From: Raillietiella orientalis
Lineage: Eukaryota
Length of the DNA: 64,000 bases
Direction: 5' to 3'
Assembly: GCA_036172245.1 (NCBI GenBank)
Contig: JAYWIR010000032.1
Span: 1,612,001 to 1,676,000, forward strand
Shown: piece after piece, positions 50,801-63,310 of the stretch
Position numbering within the stretch: the stretch's first letter is position 1
How the letters are laid out: every line of letters begins with the position of its first letter
Made by a program: the position numbers and the translations under genes
The notes under the pieces: model-generated
Told to the model about the DNA's origin: nothing
The model's database searches: none
Seen by the model: only the letters and a program-made list of their open reading frames with translations

Positions 50801-51843
50801 ACTGCGAATTCCTGGGCTCCAACGGCGAAAAAAAAAAAAAAAAAAACATCGCGTGAACAGCTTCAGCGTATCCCACCGTTTTGTTTTATCTATTCACGTG
50901 GGCTTACTAATCTCCGGCAGAAATTTTCCGAACAACAAGATTAGAAGAGTCAACATTTATCCAAGAAATACTTTTGGAGAACTACTGACGCCTGGAGCCA
51001 CAGTGGCTCTTTGCGGGGAAAAACTGACAGCAAGAAGCAAGGGAAGCAGGAGATCGCCGCCCTCACGGAGCTGAAGGGTTATCGCTGTTGTGAAACTTGT
51101 GAAAAGCCACTTTTTGCAGCTCATGTTTCTCCTTTAGTTATGTACCGAGCCTCTCCGTTACCATAGGGTTTTTTTTTTGCAACACTTCCTTGCGTCATCT
51201 CCACAAGTGCTTAATCTCTCATATCTTTGAGAGTGCCCTCTTCATTTATCTTGACGTTAGCTTTTTACTCGGACTTCGTCCTTCCTTTTGGCCATGTACT
51301 TGTACCTCCAGAGAGTATAACTACAAGCGGGAGGTCGGGGGAAGAGGTACTCCGTAGGAGAATATGAGATAAGGAATACGTATTTTGTTTTCTGCAACGG
51401 GTTATGTTTCATGCTGCTTTACAGAATGCACGATGACACACCGTGTCCATGTGGATCACTTTAACGTAATGTGGTAGTAGTTCTATTCGTTCAGTAGAAT
51501 GGAGACGAAAGAATTATGGTGATGAGTAAGGCGGTTAAGGAAAACATCCGATGGCTGTAACCGGCTGCAAGACTTTTGAGAAGAAGAGGAACTCTTGTGT
51601 AAAACCTTTTCGGTCGCTCCGTTATGTGAAATATCCATTGGTCACACGCTGAAGAAGATAGCCAACTGAATCCTTTGCCAGTTGATGTCGGGAAAACTCC
51701 ATCTATGCCCTCTCCCCCCCCCCCACTCTAGGAAACTCAGGGAAGAGACGTTATGTGGATCGTGAAGCCAGCAAGAGGGGGGAAGAACGTTTACGTACTG
51801 TGACTGCATTTTTCCCCACACTGCTCGGGAAGATTCACGAAAA

Positions 51844-53068
51844 CGTACTATTTCTTTGCTTCCCTATTTTGTGGGAAAGGCTGCTGGTGCTGCAACTACC
51901 GGCGAGTGCAAACGACTCCGCTTTCCGCACTTCCCGCAGTCAAAACCTCAATCCTTCCTTGTCGATTTGGCGAACACACGAGGGGCATCTCCAAAGTGAA
52001 GGCCGATCGGATAGAAAGAAAGAGCAAACATGAGAGACAAAAATGTGCATTGGTGGTTCGAAACGCGTACGTCGCCATCTCTACGTAGTCTCCATTTTTT
52101 TCCCAACCACTTTGGATACCGTGGATGGAGCTTTTTTTTGAAAGCCTCCGCATGAAATTCCGCCGCCTTGGAGTTCAGCCAATTCAGCAGCGCTGCAGTT
52201 TTCAGCTCTTCACTTTCCCCCTCGAATCGTCGAGCCACTTCTGGAGGTGCAGGAAGACGTGAAGGAAGTCACCGGGCAGGACTGTAAGGTCGGTGATCGA
52301 AAAGTCAACCATCTGAATTTCCGAATCGTCCGGAATGAGCGGACAGCATGCGTTGCCAAGGCGCGCGTGGTTGCTAAGGAGAAGAACAACACTTCCCGAT
52401 CTCAGCATTCCACGTCGTCGTTCTGCTGCTGAAAGGCACGCCGCAGTTCCGAAAGGTTTCGCAGGGGACTCGCAAGGTGACGGTGGCTCCAGGTGACGGT
52501 GGCTCCAGGCTCCGTAAAGTCCACCGAAAGCGCACCCTTTTGCTCCCACACGCTGCTGTCCTCACGCTCCAGACAATTGGGAAATTCAGATGGTTAAGTT
52601 TTTCGATCACCCACCCTGCGGTCCTGCCCAGCGACTTCCTTCACGTCTTCCTGCGCCTCCAGAAGTGGCTCGACGATTCGAGGGGGAAAGCGAGGAGTGG
52701 AAAACTGCAGCGCTGCTAAACGGTCTGAACTCCCAGGAGGCAGAATTTCATGCATAGGGTTTCAAAAAAAAGCTCCATCCACGGTATCCAAAGTGGTTGG
52801 GGAAAAAATGGGGCGACCACGTAGAAAAATGACGTGGGGATGTATGTGTTTCGAGCCACCAATGCACATTTTTGTTTCCCTTGTGTGCTCTTTCTTTCTA
52901 TCCGATCGGCCTTCACTTTGGAGATGCCCCTCGTGTGTTCGCCAAATCGACAAGGAAGGATTGAGGTTTTGACTGCGGGAAGTGCGGAAAGCGGAGTCGT
53001 TTGCACTCGCCGGTAGTTGCAGCACCAGCAGCCTTTCCCACAAAATAGGGAAGCAAAGAAATAGTACG
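51844..53068. mobile_element. Mariner-derived foldback MITE, copy 2 (51979-52933), with extra 135-bp perfect inverted flanks
   Basis: Arms encode decayed mariner C-termini ('RRGMLRSGSVVLLLSNHAR', 'LKTAALLNWLNSKAAEFHAE', 'EKNGDYVE'). 51844-51978 is the exact reverse complement of 52934-53068. Confidence 0.9.
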
Positions 53069-54339
53069 CTTTGAAATGCGCCTCGTAAATGGGAGTTTCG
53101 TGTGGAATGCTCCATCGGGTTATCCTCCTGCGTCGTAATGATGGTGACGTGATGGTTTCGCGCCGTTGAGGAGTACAGCGGAACGGCAGAGGGCGGACCT
53201 GGTCGTCGTCGGAAACTACCACTAACATAATTGCTCCAGACCCTATTCAACTGAGCACCAAAGGGCGGGCAATCTCTTACTGCCGTCCTCCTGAATTCCG
53301 GAGTGCATTCTGATCCCGCAGGAGTTGCGAACTTCTGGAGCCGGAGGGGATTCCTTTCCACATGAGGCTTCCCTTCGAGTGCCAAGAAGCGAGCATCTTC
53401 GCCGCTCAATGACTCCCTACCCATTGGCCTTGGCTTGCTTTTTGGCTTTCGGCGCATTTGCTAATCGGCTGCTCCTGTGCTTCGAGTAGTTCCGCTGTGT
53501 TCTTTTTTTTTGTCCGCACCAGGTAACTCTTCCTTTCTCTTTTCCTGATGAAGCACATCAATCATCACTGCCTAATTTCTCGAAGCCGTAAATCTCCCGA
53601 ATGAGCACCCAGGAGGGAAGGAAAAAAAAGTTATCGAACCTGGAAAAATGACTTTTCACTCTTACAAATAATCCTAATTGTATAAAATGAAGTCTCCGTT
53701 TTCCCAGGGAGGGAAAAAAGAAAAGAAAACATAAAAATAAAAAAAAAAGGGGGGGGGAGCAAAACAGCACGAACTCTGGCAGTCGATGAGATGGCATCAT
53801 GAAAGATGTCTAGTCGATGACCCATAGCTACCCGACACGAAACGGCCAATTTCATTAGCATACGCGTCCCATTATCCAGTTACTCCTCGATTTTCCAGTA
53901 CTCCACGTTCGCAGAGGAGGAAGAGCAGCTGCGCTCTTAAGGGAAGTCCAGGGAGGACTGAAGTCTCCCCGGGTTCCGATGATTCGATCATTGGAGGCTG
54001 ATTGGATGCTTGCAGGGCGATTTTATGAAGGCCGTAAAGGCGAAGGGACTCTCCTCCGTGGAGGTTCCACGGGTCAGAATCAGGAATCCGCTCCTGCAGG
54101 ATCCGTGTCGGATGCATTCCGTGAGGTAGTGATGCGAGCGATGAAATTCGATTGCCGCGAGCGGGTTGACCAATCAGCGCTCGGGTAAATTATTTAATTT
54201 TTTTTTTTGCGATCCTTTCACGCTGTCCCGGATGCACCGATGATGTCAGGGTGGGAATGGTAGCAGGGTGGTGCCTACGTGAGCTCCAGGCTGCGCCGAC
54301 TTGGCAACGAACGAAACCGGAAGACGAAAAAGCGTTTCC

Positions 54340-55035
54340 GTGATACCCGGCCGGCGTTTGCGAACGTGTGGCTGCGGTCTGCGGTGCAGAGCGTCACGGG
54401 TTCGAATCCTGCAAGGGGAGGAAGCGATGGCGAGAATGCGGGGGGTGCGTCGTGGGTTTCGGGCTCCCCCCAAATCGATGACGCTGTATTGGCCTCTTCG
54501 GGTACGGTACTGGTGGAAGCTAGAAGCACCCTGGATGCCTCCCGCTGACCGGCTGGGATTGGGGTCCTTTCCACGAATCAGGCAGCACCGTTTCCCTTCG
54601 GGGCTCCTCTCGGGAAGAGTCCTTTCATCGCGTACCATGGAGATGGCTGATAATTCCCTAGGGGGTTGCTTTTCCAGAGTGTCAGAAGCGTGCTGCTCCC
54701 TTTGGGAGTGTACCCTCCAGAAAAATTGGGAAGCGTCCCTTCGGGGTTCTCTCCGGAGGAGGGAACGAGGAGCAGTTCCCTTGCGGAGGTTCCATTCGGG
54801 AAAAAAATTCCGGCAGCGCGGATCCTTTCCGGGTTCCCTTCGGAGAAGAAATATGGGGTGGTCCCTTCCGGAGAGAATGAGGAAGAGGTCGTTTCCTCCT
54901 GGGTTGCCCTCTATAACTTGAAGGGTCAATACGCGAGTTCGGGTGGTGCGGACATTGTCAAAGAGCTTCGTGACCTCCTCTAAAGCAGGGGACGGTTCTT
55001 CAGCACTTGGAGACCCACAAAGAAAAAAGAAAAGT
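54340..55035 (+). mobile_element. SINE family, near full-length copy
   Basis: GGTTCGAATCC (54399-54409), second box GGGTTTCGGGCTCC, hairpin-rich body, tail GGTTCTTCAGCACTTGGAGACCC followed by an A-rich run. Confidence 0.75.
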
Positions 55036-55059
55036 GGAAGGAAGGCAGCGAAACAGAAC

Positions 55060-55970
55060 CCCAAAGGGATTTCCATCAGCCATTTGGGCCCCTCTCTGAG
55101 GGACTCAAGAGACAGAGTCATCCCAGCAAGCTGGGAGGTCACGTGCTGCATGGCAGCAAAGAAGAAACTCCTGGTGTGGTGGATGCTGTAACCCCGAGTG
55201 TCCCACCCCAAGAACTTCTTCTATGGGGATAGCTGCTCGACATCCCTCCGCAGGAGGAGGTGAAATGGCCCCCAGCATGCTGGAACAGTGGTGCACTCCC
55301 CCGCGAATGGCGGGAGCTTGCGTCGCTGCTGAAGCTTTGGGAGCTCCCATGCAACGCCCGCCGACGTCACTGGAGCTGAGAGGGAGTGGACGCTCAGTGC
55401 GGCAGATGGGGGAAGAAGGTGACCCTCTCGTACCTGCTGTTGGACTGTGATGCCCTCCGACCCCTTTCACGTCTCTCGACGATCCTAGGAATCCCGGTGG
55501 GAGGCCCAAGGACATTTTCAGACTCCTCTTCACGCGTGGCGCCGCACTGCCGCCAGCCGCGTCCCTCGCGGTTCTCTGCTGTCTGCGAGGGATCGAGCGG
55601 CCTGGAACGCGGGAAGAAGAGGTCGAAATGGCACGGACGCCATCCACTGGGCGTGGATCTTTCTGAGGACCGCTTCGAGATGGCCCCACCTGGACTCTAT
55701 ACGGACACAACTTGCCAGCATCCTAGACAGGATGCAGAGGAAGGTCTGGCAGTGTACCATGATCCCCTCCTCGGTCCCCTTTTCCTCCCCATGTATAGTT
55801 CTCCCCTCTTCTATTTTCATGCGTTTATTATTATTATTTTTTTTCCCATCCCCACGCCGCCGAAGCGGACCTTGCTGGTCTGTGCACCGCTCTTCATCGC
55901 ACGTGGGCTCTGTCACACCAATGCATTCTTATTACTTCACGTAATGGATGCCCCAGCACAACCGGGCGAG
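55060..55970 (+). mobile_element. Tx1/L1-like LINE 3' fragment
   Basis: Homologous to 1700-2390 and 29660-30412 (GAGGACCGCTTCGAGATGGCCCCA...GCCAGCATCCTAGACAGGATGCAGAGG) plus the UTR motif at 55858-55896. Confidence 0.6.
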
Positions 55971-56715
55971 GATCATCCATTGGGTTTGTCTGTGTGCGAA
56001 TTTGCACACGTAGACATGCGCATATGTAACTGTGTGATGTTCATGCGGACGTTGGTGACAAACGGTCTTCCATCTCAAGCGTTGGAGACTAAAATTAGCA
56101 ACACCGGCTGTGGGAGGCTGAGGAGCAGGGACCATTTCTGGAGAGGAAGCGAATCAGTCGGAGGGATGAAAGAGGTGGGTTTCTCCTCTCGAGATCTATG
56201 CTTCCTAACCAAAGGGGGATCCAGGGTGCTGGTCCAGAGTTTGAATGCTGAAACGCAAGGGTTTTCTTATTTCTCGCTTCGAAGAACCGATCCTCGCGGC
56301 GAATCGGCAGTGTTACGAAAGGGGAACGGGGAGATGTCTTCCTGCGGGAGGCAGCAGCCACACTCATCCTACCTCAAGACGAGTTCTCGCACGCCGCGAA
56401 CGCGCCCGGGTGCCTTACCGATCGTCTGCACGTGAACGCGAAAGAGCTGCCGGCGGATTGCAATCCGGTTCCTGCGAGCTCGACCGCCAGGAACTGGACT
56501 GTACGGGAGTGCGTGTAAGTTCGGGTTGTGTACCTTCCAGAGACCGCTCCTCTGCCAGATCTCCAGGTCGTAATTTTGCCGGCTGATGCTCGTGGTCTGA
56601 CAGCTTCCGTTGCATGCTCTGCAGCAGCTTTAGGAAGCACTTCCAGCGGGGAACCATTCCCCTTAGTTTACAAGGCTTCAGCATTTCGGAGAGAGGCACG
56701 TTATGGGATGATGCG

Positions 56716-57028
56716 ACTCGAAGAGGAACAGCGAGGTGGTTTCCAATACGCGAAGAAAACCCCAGCAGTTTGCCTGTTTGTTGTTTCACTCGACATGGAC
56801 GCACTGCGAATCGCAGTCTCAGAATGGGGGGAATCTTGAAAGTGCACGGCTGCTGCACACACAAAAAAAAATCTGTCATCCTTGTCTGCAGCAAGAGCGC
56901 ACTTTCACGATTCCCCCCACTCTGGGACTGCGATTCGCAGTGCGTCCATGTCGAGTGAAACAACAAACAGGCAAACTGCTGAGGTTTTCTTCGCGTATTG
57001 GAAACCACCTCGCTGTTCCTCTTCGAGT
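56716..57028. mobile_element. Palindromic MITE (~145-bp arms)
   Basis: ACTCGAAGAGGAACAGCGAGGTGG... and ...CCACCTCGCTGTTCCTCTTCGAGT form a near-perfect inverted repeat with a short spacer and TA on the right end. Confidence 0.85.
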
Positions 57029-59149
57029 ATCCACCGAAGAGCACAGAATTCCGCTGACCTCATCCCCACAGCATCCTGGAGAACACACGCGCGGTAGATG
57101 GCACTCCTGCTTGCTGGGGGGCTTCGAGCGGCATCCGATGGCGTCCGCAGCGGTGCATACAGCGTCCGGCGTCACGGCTGCGTCATCCCTGCAACGACTG
57201 ACCCTCCTTCGCATGCTGCGGGCGTCGAGTGCACGTAAACGCTTGTCCCCTTGGGCGGGCAGTTCCTTTCAGCGACGAGTTTCCGCGAACACCGGGAGCA
57301 TTCCGGGTGCCCCTGAACCTCTCGCCCCACCTTCGTCTTGTTGCCCTTGGAATTGCTGCATCCTCTCCCCCACCTCTCCACGTGCATGCGTTCCTTTTGA
57401 GGTCCCTGCAGCCGACCTCCTGTCCCGGTCCTCGGAGCGGATGTGGTCACGGCGACTTTGATGCGGTGACGGCGCCGCGTCCTCCGCTGCGGCGGCGACA
57501 CAGAATCGTCCGGAGTTCTGCGGCGGCGGAGGGTTTCCATTTCTCCGCTCTCCCGCTGGTTCCCCGACAATCTCATCCAAGAGGCGGCGGCGGGGTGATT
57601 TTCTTCGTGTTTCCTCGCATCGGGAGACGCGAAGGACGCCTCTTTCTCTGCGCCCGCATCCCAGCGTCCCCCTTATCTCCCTCCGGCTGGGGAGGGGGGG
57701 GGGGGAAGACGCTTCCTTCTCGCCAGCCTCGGCGGGCTGCATCCTCCCTGCGGGCGTCCGCGGAGCTGGAAGCACGCAAGAACAGGCAGACGCCATGGAG
57801 ATAACTCAGCTCGTGAGCTCCGCGCGACCACGTGGGTTCCCAGCATCCTTGAGATTTCCGTTCCCATCCCTGGATTATCAGGCCATCTTCCAGATCGGAT
57901 CAGCTGCTCCTCCGCCCAGCTTCCATCCTGCTCTCAGTGCACCCGGCGGCGACTGACATCACGGCAGGATATCGAGATGTCCGTCGCTTGCTCGGAACTC
58001 CGCTGCTGCCGACTTTCTGTTCCTCTCCCATCCATCGAGTTTGACGTGCGGGCTTGTTGCCATCTTGGAAGGGACCGGGAAGGGGTAGGGGAAAAAGTGA
58101 TTCCGATTTTCTCTCCTCCTCCTCCTTCCCTCCCTTCCTTCTTTCCTTCCTTCCTGCTCCTCTTCTCTTTCTCCTCCTCCCTTCCTCCTCCTCCTCTTCC
58201 TCCCTGGGCTATCTAACCTCACGCTGGTCCGCTACCCATCTCACTTTTTTCCTGCCCATTTATTTATTGTCCCTCTAATCCCACCTAATTCTGTCCCCAG
58301 AGAGTACAGTTCCTTGGATACGGGTGACACGTGTCGGCATCTCATTGCACTTGGTTGACATCTTGAGAGAATGGTCCGGCCATCCAGGATGCGAGGGTCA
58401 TGCCGGGGAGTTCACTGTAACTGGCAACAATGAGCTTACAAAAAATAAAATAAAATAAAATAGGAGAATGTTGCTTTGAAGGCTGCCAAAGTTTGAAGAA
58501 TTCTGGACGACCTGGCAAGAAGCCAGCTGCCTTGCCTCCGAGGTCCTCCCAGAATAAGGAGAGGCAGGGATGCCAAGTAGAGAAAAAAAAAAGAAAGCAT
58601 AAGGATTCATGTGGAGGAGCAAGGGAGGGAAGGTCACTGGAAGTCACCAGGGCTCCTCCGTACCCTCAGCAGCAGGATGCTGTAAATTTTCACCCTTAAG
58701 TGCAACAGGTGGGGTCACCTTGTTGTCTGCCTGCCTGCGTCTGGCAGGAGGTGAAGCGGCAAGTGGTGGAGTCCCTCTCGAATGCTGTCAGGGTCAGTCG
58801 CCAAGGTGGGCGAGTGGTCCCACAGTCAGCTGCTAAGAGATGATGGCGTCAGCAAGGCAGTAAGAGGCCTTACCATCGCGACAGCGAACGCAGGAGGGAG
58901 AGAGGGGGTGAGGGAAAGACGTCCAAGAAAGTCCTCCTTTCACGCAGCCGAGGCCATGTCACCACTATCGCGGAAAATCTCCAGCGAGGAGGCGACCCAT
59001 CAAGGAAGCAGGAGGCCTCTACCAAGTCTTGGGAACCAAAACTCTAACCAGCAGTTGTGGGAACCTCCCTCTGGTATGTACACGCTTCCGCGAGGTCAAT
59101 CTTCTTCTCTAGATGGGTGTCCTCGTAGGTCGACCAAATCCCCCTGAGG

Positions 59150-60950
59150 AATCCCGGTCATGGTCAGCTGAGTGTCGGTCATGGAGTTTCGTCAGCGTAC
59201 GGCTACAGTTCCAGTTTACGTGACGAACAGGCCTGAACCCAGGATGGCCAGCGGTCTTCGGAACCTCGGAACAGCAGGAGTTGAATGATCTGGGGGCAAA
59301 GTGGCCTCGAACTATTCCCGAATTTTGTATGGTTGGGAACTTGGCAACCCTGGAGGTCGGAGTGTAGGATCCACGAGAGCCTACTGGGCCGCCATGTTGG
59401 CAAGCAGGACGTGAGCTGGGGGACGGACCGAACGCTGGGCTACGCTGGGCTACGCTGGGCAACACACGCACCACATCCCATGAAGGGTGCTGGTTGCTAT
59501 GGAAGTCAGGGAGGGAGCAACCGCGAAAATCGGAATCTACTGAGGAACGAGCAGCGAGTCGACCGCGGAGGCAACCGACCCTGGCAAGCGTTGCCTCTCG
59601 AGCGTGGGTCATGCACCCGACCTCCGGAGACAGAGCCGCCCCTGCCTTCCGGTGTTCCCCCCTCCGAGGATAGAAGGATCCTTGGGTCCAGGCGAGCAGA
59701 ACGGCCGTCACGAAGAAGAGTCCGGCTCGAGCTCTCCTGGACCCGCCGCCGCCATCGGCGCCTACCTCAGTGGCAGTGACAAGCGCTAGAGCGATTTCTT
59801 GGAGGTCTGAAGCGGATGCGAAGCGAAGCCTCCAGGGTTGGTTCAGTCGATCCCAATTTCCCAACGAGGAATGGTGAAGCACGCGCATGGAAGGAAGGAG
59901 ATAGGCTGTGGGTGTCCGCGGGACTCCGTGAGGCAAATGAGCGTTCACAAGAAACGTGTTGCACGCGCCGCTGTCGCTGGCAACCCCAGCACTCCAAAGA
60001 TGCTTGCTTGTGTCCACGTCGATCGGAAGTCCGAGCGTCTCTGGGAAGTCCACGGATACCGCGCCCCTAGGAGAGACATGTAACTCTGTCGTGATCTTCG
60101 TTCTCAGCGCAGCTAAGGAAACTCCTGGGAGGATGGTGGGGTTAACCTGCTGCCTGACTGAGTCAGCCTCCGGAGTCCCGACCAAAGGTCTGCTCCAGAG
60201 GACTTCTGAATGTTCTGACTGAGAAACTTGGAATCCTCTTCCACATACCTGGACAAGGCGTAGTCCGCAGCATTTGCGTCTTTGCCATGCGCCACACCTC
60301 CTACGCGATGAAGAGGCGGTGGTAGAGTGGTTCCCTTCCGCGACTAGGAGTGAACGAAGATCCTCTTTCGTTTCTTGCAGGCTGCGAATGGAACAGCGAG
60401 GTGGTCAACCGGTGGTCCCCCTTCTTACCTTATTTATTCACCTCAATTGTTTGCTGTCCCCAATCTATTCTTCGGCGCTATCTCTTGGATTCCAAAGGTG
60501 CTAACGAGTTTGGTTCCCGGGGCTCCAGTGTGAGCTGCAATCGCAGCGAACTGCCGACTGCCCTTGATGGTCTTCCTCTAAAGCTTCTGCGGAGGAAGGA
60601 CGAAGGAAGGACAAAGGGAAACCGGTGCCCGCAGAAGCGGTCGTGGGGTCCGACGTAGAACAAAGTACCAAGAGAACGGGAGATCCCTAAGAGATGAGCA
60701 CCGAGAGTTCATCGAAAAGGACACAGTCTGCTCCAATGTGAGTTGCAGGAGCAGCTCCCATTGGCACAGATTGGGTCAACAGAAGAAACAAGGAAGCTGG
60801 AGAGCAGCCTGGCCAAGGACTGCACCTCATCTAAGACAAACGTGAACAAAGGTTTCCGTGGTGATCCGAAAGCGGTTTCCACGTTGCCTCTGACTAATAA
60901 ACCCTGGACATTCTTGAGTCACCGATGAGGTGGGAAACACTCCATTGTTC
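59150..60950 (-). mobile_element. Probable decayed DIRS-like (tyrosine recombinase) retrotransposon
   Basis: RNase H C-terminal-like 'HGKDANAADYALSR...DLWSG' followed by YR-like pieces 'FASASDLQEIALAL', 'RVGCLRGRL', 'RLSWI', 'NWNCSRTLTKLHDR'. Confidence 0.45.
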
Positions 60951-61123
60951 ACTAAAGTCCCTCGGATGACCTAGTCAAACCAGCACCCACCTTGGACTGT
61001 GGCATCATCCGATTGCAAGGAATGCGCCAGCAGCCAATCCAATCCCGACAAGAGGTGGGTGCACCCTGGGAGCTGCGAGAAATGCCAAAAGTCCACGGCC
61101 AAAGAATTACCACTGACTTTGAG

Positions 61124-61192
61124 CTTAGGTTGGGTAGAGTAGAGTAGGTAGTTGGTTAGGTAAGTTAGGTTAGGTTAGGTAGGCTAGGTAGG
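61124..61192 (+). repeat. Degenerate interstitial (TTAGG)n
   Basis: TTAGGTTGGGTAG...GTTAGGTAAGTTAGGTTAGGTTAGGTAGGCTAGGTAGG. Confidence 0.7.
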
Positions 61193-61464
61193 CTGCTCAA
61201 AAATGTCACCCGTCGGCATGCAGCTCACCAGAGTCATGCAGAGCTCCCCTTGTGGACTCGCTCATCGTCAGGGTTGCCACCCCTTTCTGCAAGCACGACT
61301 GCAAGCTGCTGATCCGAGAGAAATCCCCGAGCATCCATCCCGACGATGACCGTTGTGCGCTTGCACAGAGGGGTATTTCTCAGATTGCCGCTCTTCTATT
61401 GAGAAAGCGTGACAGGACGCATCTGGGACCGCACACATCCGGCGGGATCCCCTTTCCCTCGGCC

Positions 61465-61965
61465 CGCGTTGGCGGCTTTGTGGTTGCGTGCGGTCTCCAC
61501 GCGTGGCACAGAACGTCGCAAGTTCGAATCCCTCCTGGGAATGGATCGACGGAATGAGAAATGGAAGGTGCGTCATGAGTTTCGAGTCCTCTACGCAAGA
61601 TGACTCTGGCTGACCCCTTCGGTTGCGGCACTAGTGGAAGCCGGAAAGCCACTTGGGCGCCCCCGTTGGGTGCTCGGGAATCAAGGAGCCCTTCAAGGTT
61701 CCCTTCCGGTTGTGAAAATGGAGCCCCTCCCCTCGAGAAGGGACCCTCCATCTCGTACAACGGAGCTGGTGGGTTGACACCTATCCAGAGTGTCAAGAAG
61801 CGCGCTGCTCCCTTCCGGGAGCGCAAAGAGAAAATTTGAAGGCGTCCCTCCGGGGCTCTCTGCAGAGGAGTAACCAGGAGCGAATACTTTCCGGGGAATC
61901 ACTCCGGAGGGAACGAGGAAGAGGTTACCTTCGGGGGTCCCTTCGGGGCTTCCCTACTTAGCACT
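61465..61965 (+). mobile_element. SINE family copy (head plus body)
   Basis: AGTTCGAATCC (61521-61531), GAGTTTCGAGTCC (61577-61589), GGCACTAGTGGAAGCCG. The body matches the reverse complement of 880-1040. Confidence 0.75.
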
Positions 61966-61999
61966 ACTTGACCACTAGGGTCGGTCTTCAGTGGGTAGA

Positions 62000-62780
62000 G
62001 AATGGCAGACCGACTTGCTGCAGCGTCAGGAGGCTTTGCATCCCTTCAGAGGCCCGCGAATTCGGAAGTCTGCACCTGGAGATGCCTGCAGCGGAATGGG
62101 AGATCTGCGTGCAGGATGCTGCTCCGTTGCGGGAGAGGGCGGCTGGACCGCCAGGCGAAGAGGAACGTCGAGCGAGCAGGGCCGGCACGCTGGCCGCGGG
62201 CTGACCTCCTCGGAAGCGGTCAAGTGCGGCTCCGAATTTCCAGCAACCCCCCTCGTCTCCCGAGCTCGGGTGCTTCAACTCCCATTCTGCGGAGTCCCTG
62301 GGGCGTGCGCGCACCTCCTATGCGGGAACCCCAGGAAGGATGCGCGGACCGGAGGAGCCCCACCAGCGCTGCCATTCCTTCGGGATGAAGGTGGCGAGCC
62401 AACCGGCTGCAGCCGGAAGGCGACCTGCGAAATTGCGGGAAAGGGAAAAATTCGGGACGCTGGACAGCGCGTCGGTTGTCTGATGCTTCGACCCCGTTGC
62501 CCACCCCAAGGGACTTCCCCATTCGAAATCCCTGCGGGGAACGTGGCGACCCTGCGGTGCTTCTGGATAGCTCTCCCTCCCTTTGAAGTTCCAGGACTCG
62601 GCGCCGCGACTGCTGTGTTGGGCTGTCCCGTGCCACGCACTTCCTCCACCACTGGACTAGGAGCAGTGCGGCCGCAGACTCTGCCACGGGCCTCCAGCTC
62701 CCAGGGGACGACCCGAAGGGAGCGCTCGGTCTCCCCTCCGCGGGTGATGGAACGTCACCTGAGGTAACGATCGCAGCCTC
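62000..62780 (-). mobile_element. Degenerate non-LTR reverse transcriptase fragment
   Basis: 'SPGSWRPVA' (RT motif 1/2), 'SPQGFRMGKS' (QxGFR) and 'ISQVAF' (D..KAFD-like), in order. Confidence 0.5.
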
Positions 62781-63029
62781 GCGCTGCGCAGCGAGGAACC
62801 GCGGCGGGAGAGGCCGAGAGATGGATGACCCAGAGATGACCAAGAGATGATCCACAGCAAGAGAAGGAACCTGCCGATGTCCAGGAAAGGACTCTAGGGG
62901 GAAACTGGTAACCCCGCGCGCTCCTACACCCTAAGAAGCACCCCTCTGGAGGGAGGGTACGAACCAGATCCATGGCACGCAATGGAGGATCTTCCCCCGA
63001 GGTGGAAGACGACTCCATTTTCGCAGCCC

Positions 63030-63310
63030 GATGAGGAGCTCTCAAGGGAAATGGTGCTCCTTGATTCCTAGAAGGACTCCGCAAGGTCATCTCCCAATCT
63101 CCGGCCACTCAAGGGGAGGCATCCGGTTTCCTCCTCCTACAATTGCCGCATCCAGAGCCTATCGGTCCGCCCGCGCTATCCTGCGGAAAGGGGGGGAGGA
63201 GGAAGCAGCTGGAAATCCACGACTCGTCCCCATCTTTCATTGAGTCGATCTTCCGCGTGGGGATTCGAATCCTCAACGATCGGTGTCACGAGCGGAGTCA
63301 CCCACTCCGA
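63030..63310 (-). mobile_element. SINE family partial copy
   Basis: GGAAATGGTGCTCCTTGATTCC...GGCCACTCAAGGGGAGGCATCCGG plus reverse B-box GGATTCGAATCC at ~63261-63272. Confidence 0.6.

Noticed and set aside
54368..54420. tRNA gene calls at the GGTTCGAATCC motifs (also 10161, 30858, 61521, 63261)
   Set aside because: No complete cloverleaf is evident; each is the head of the repeated SINE-like family.
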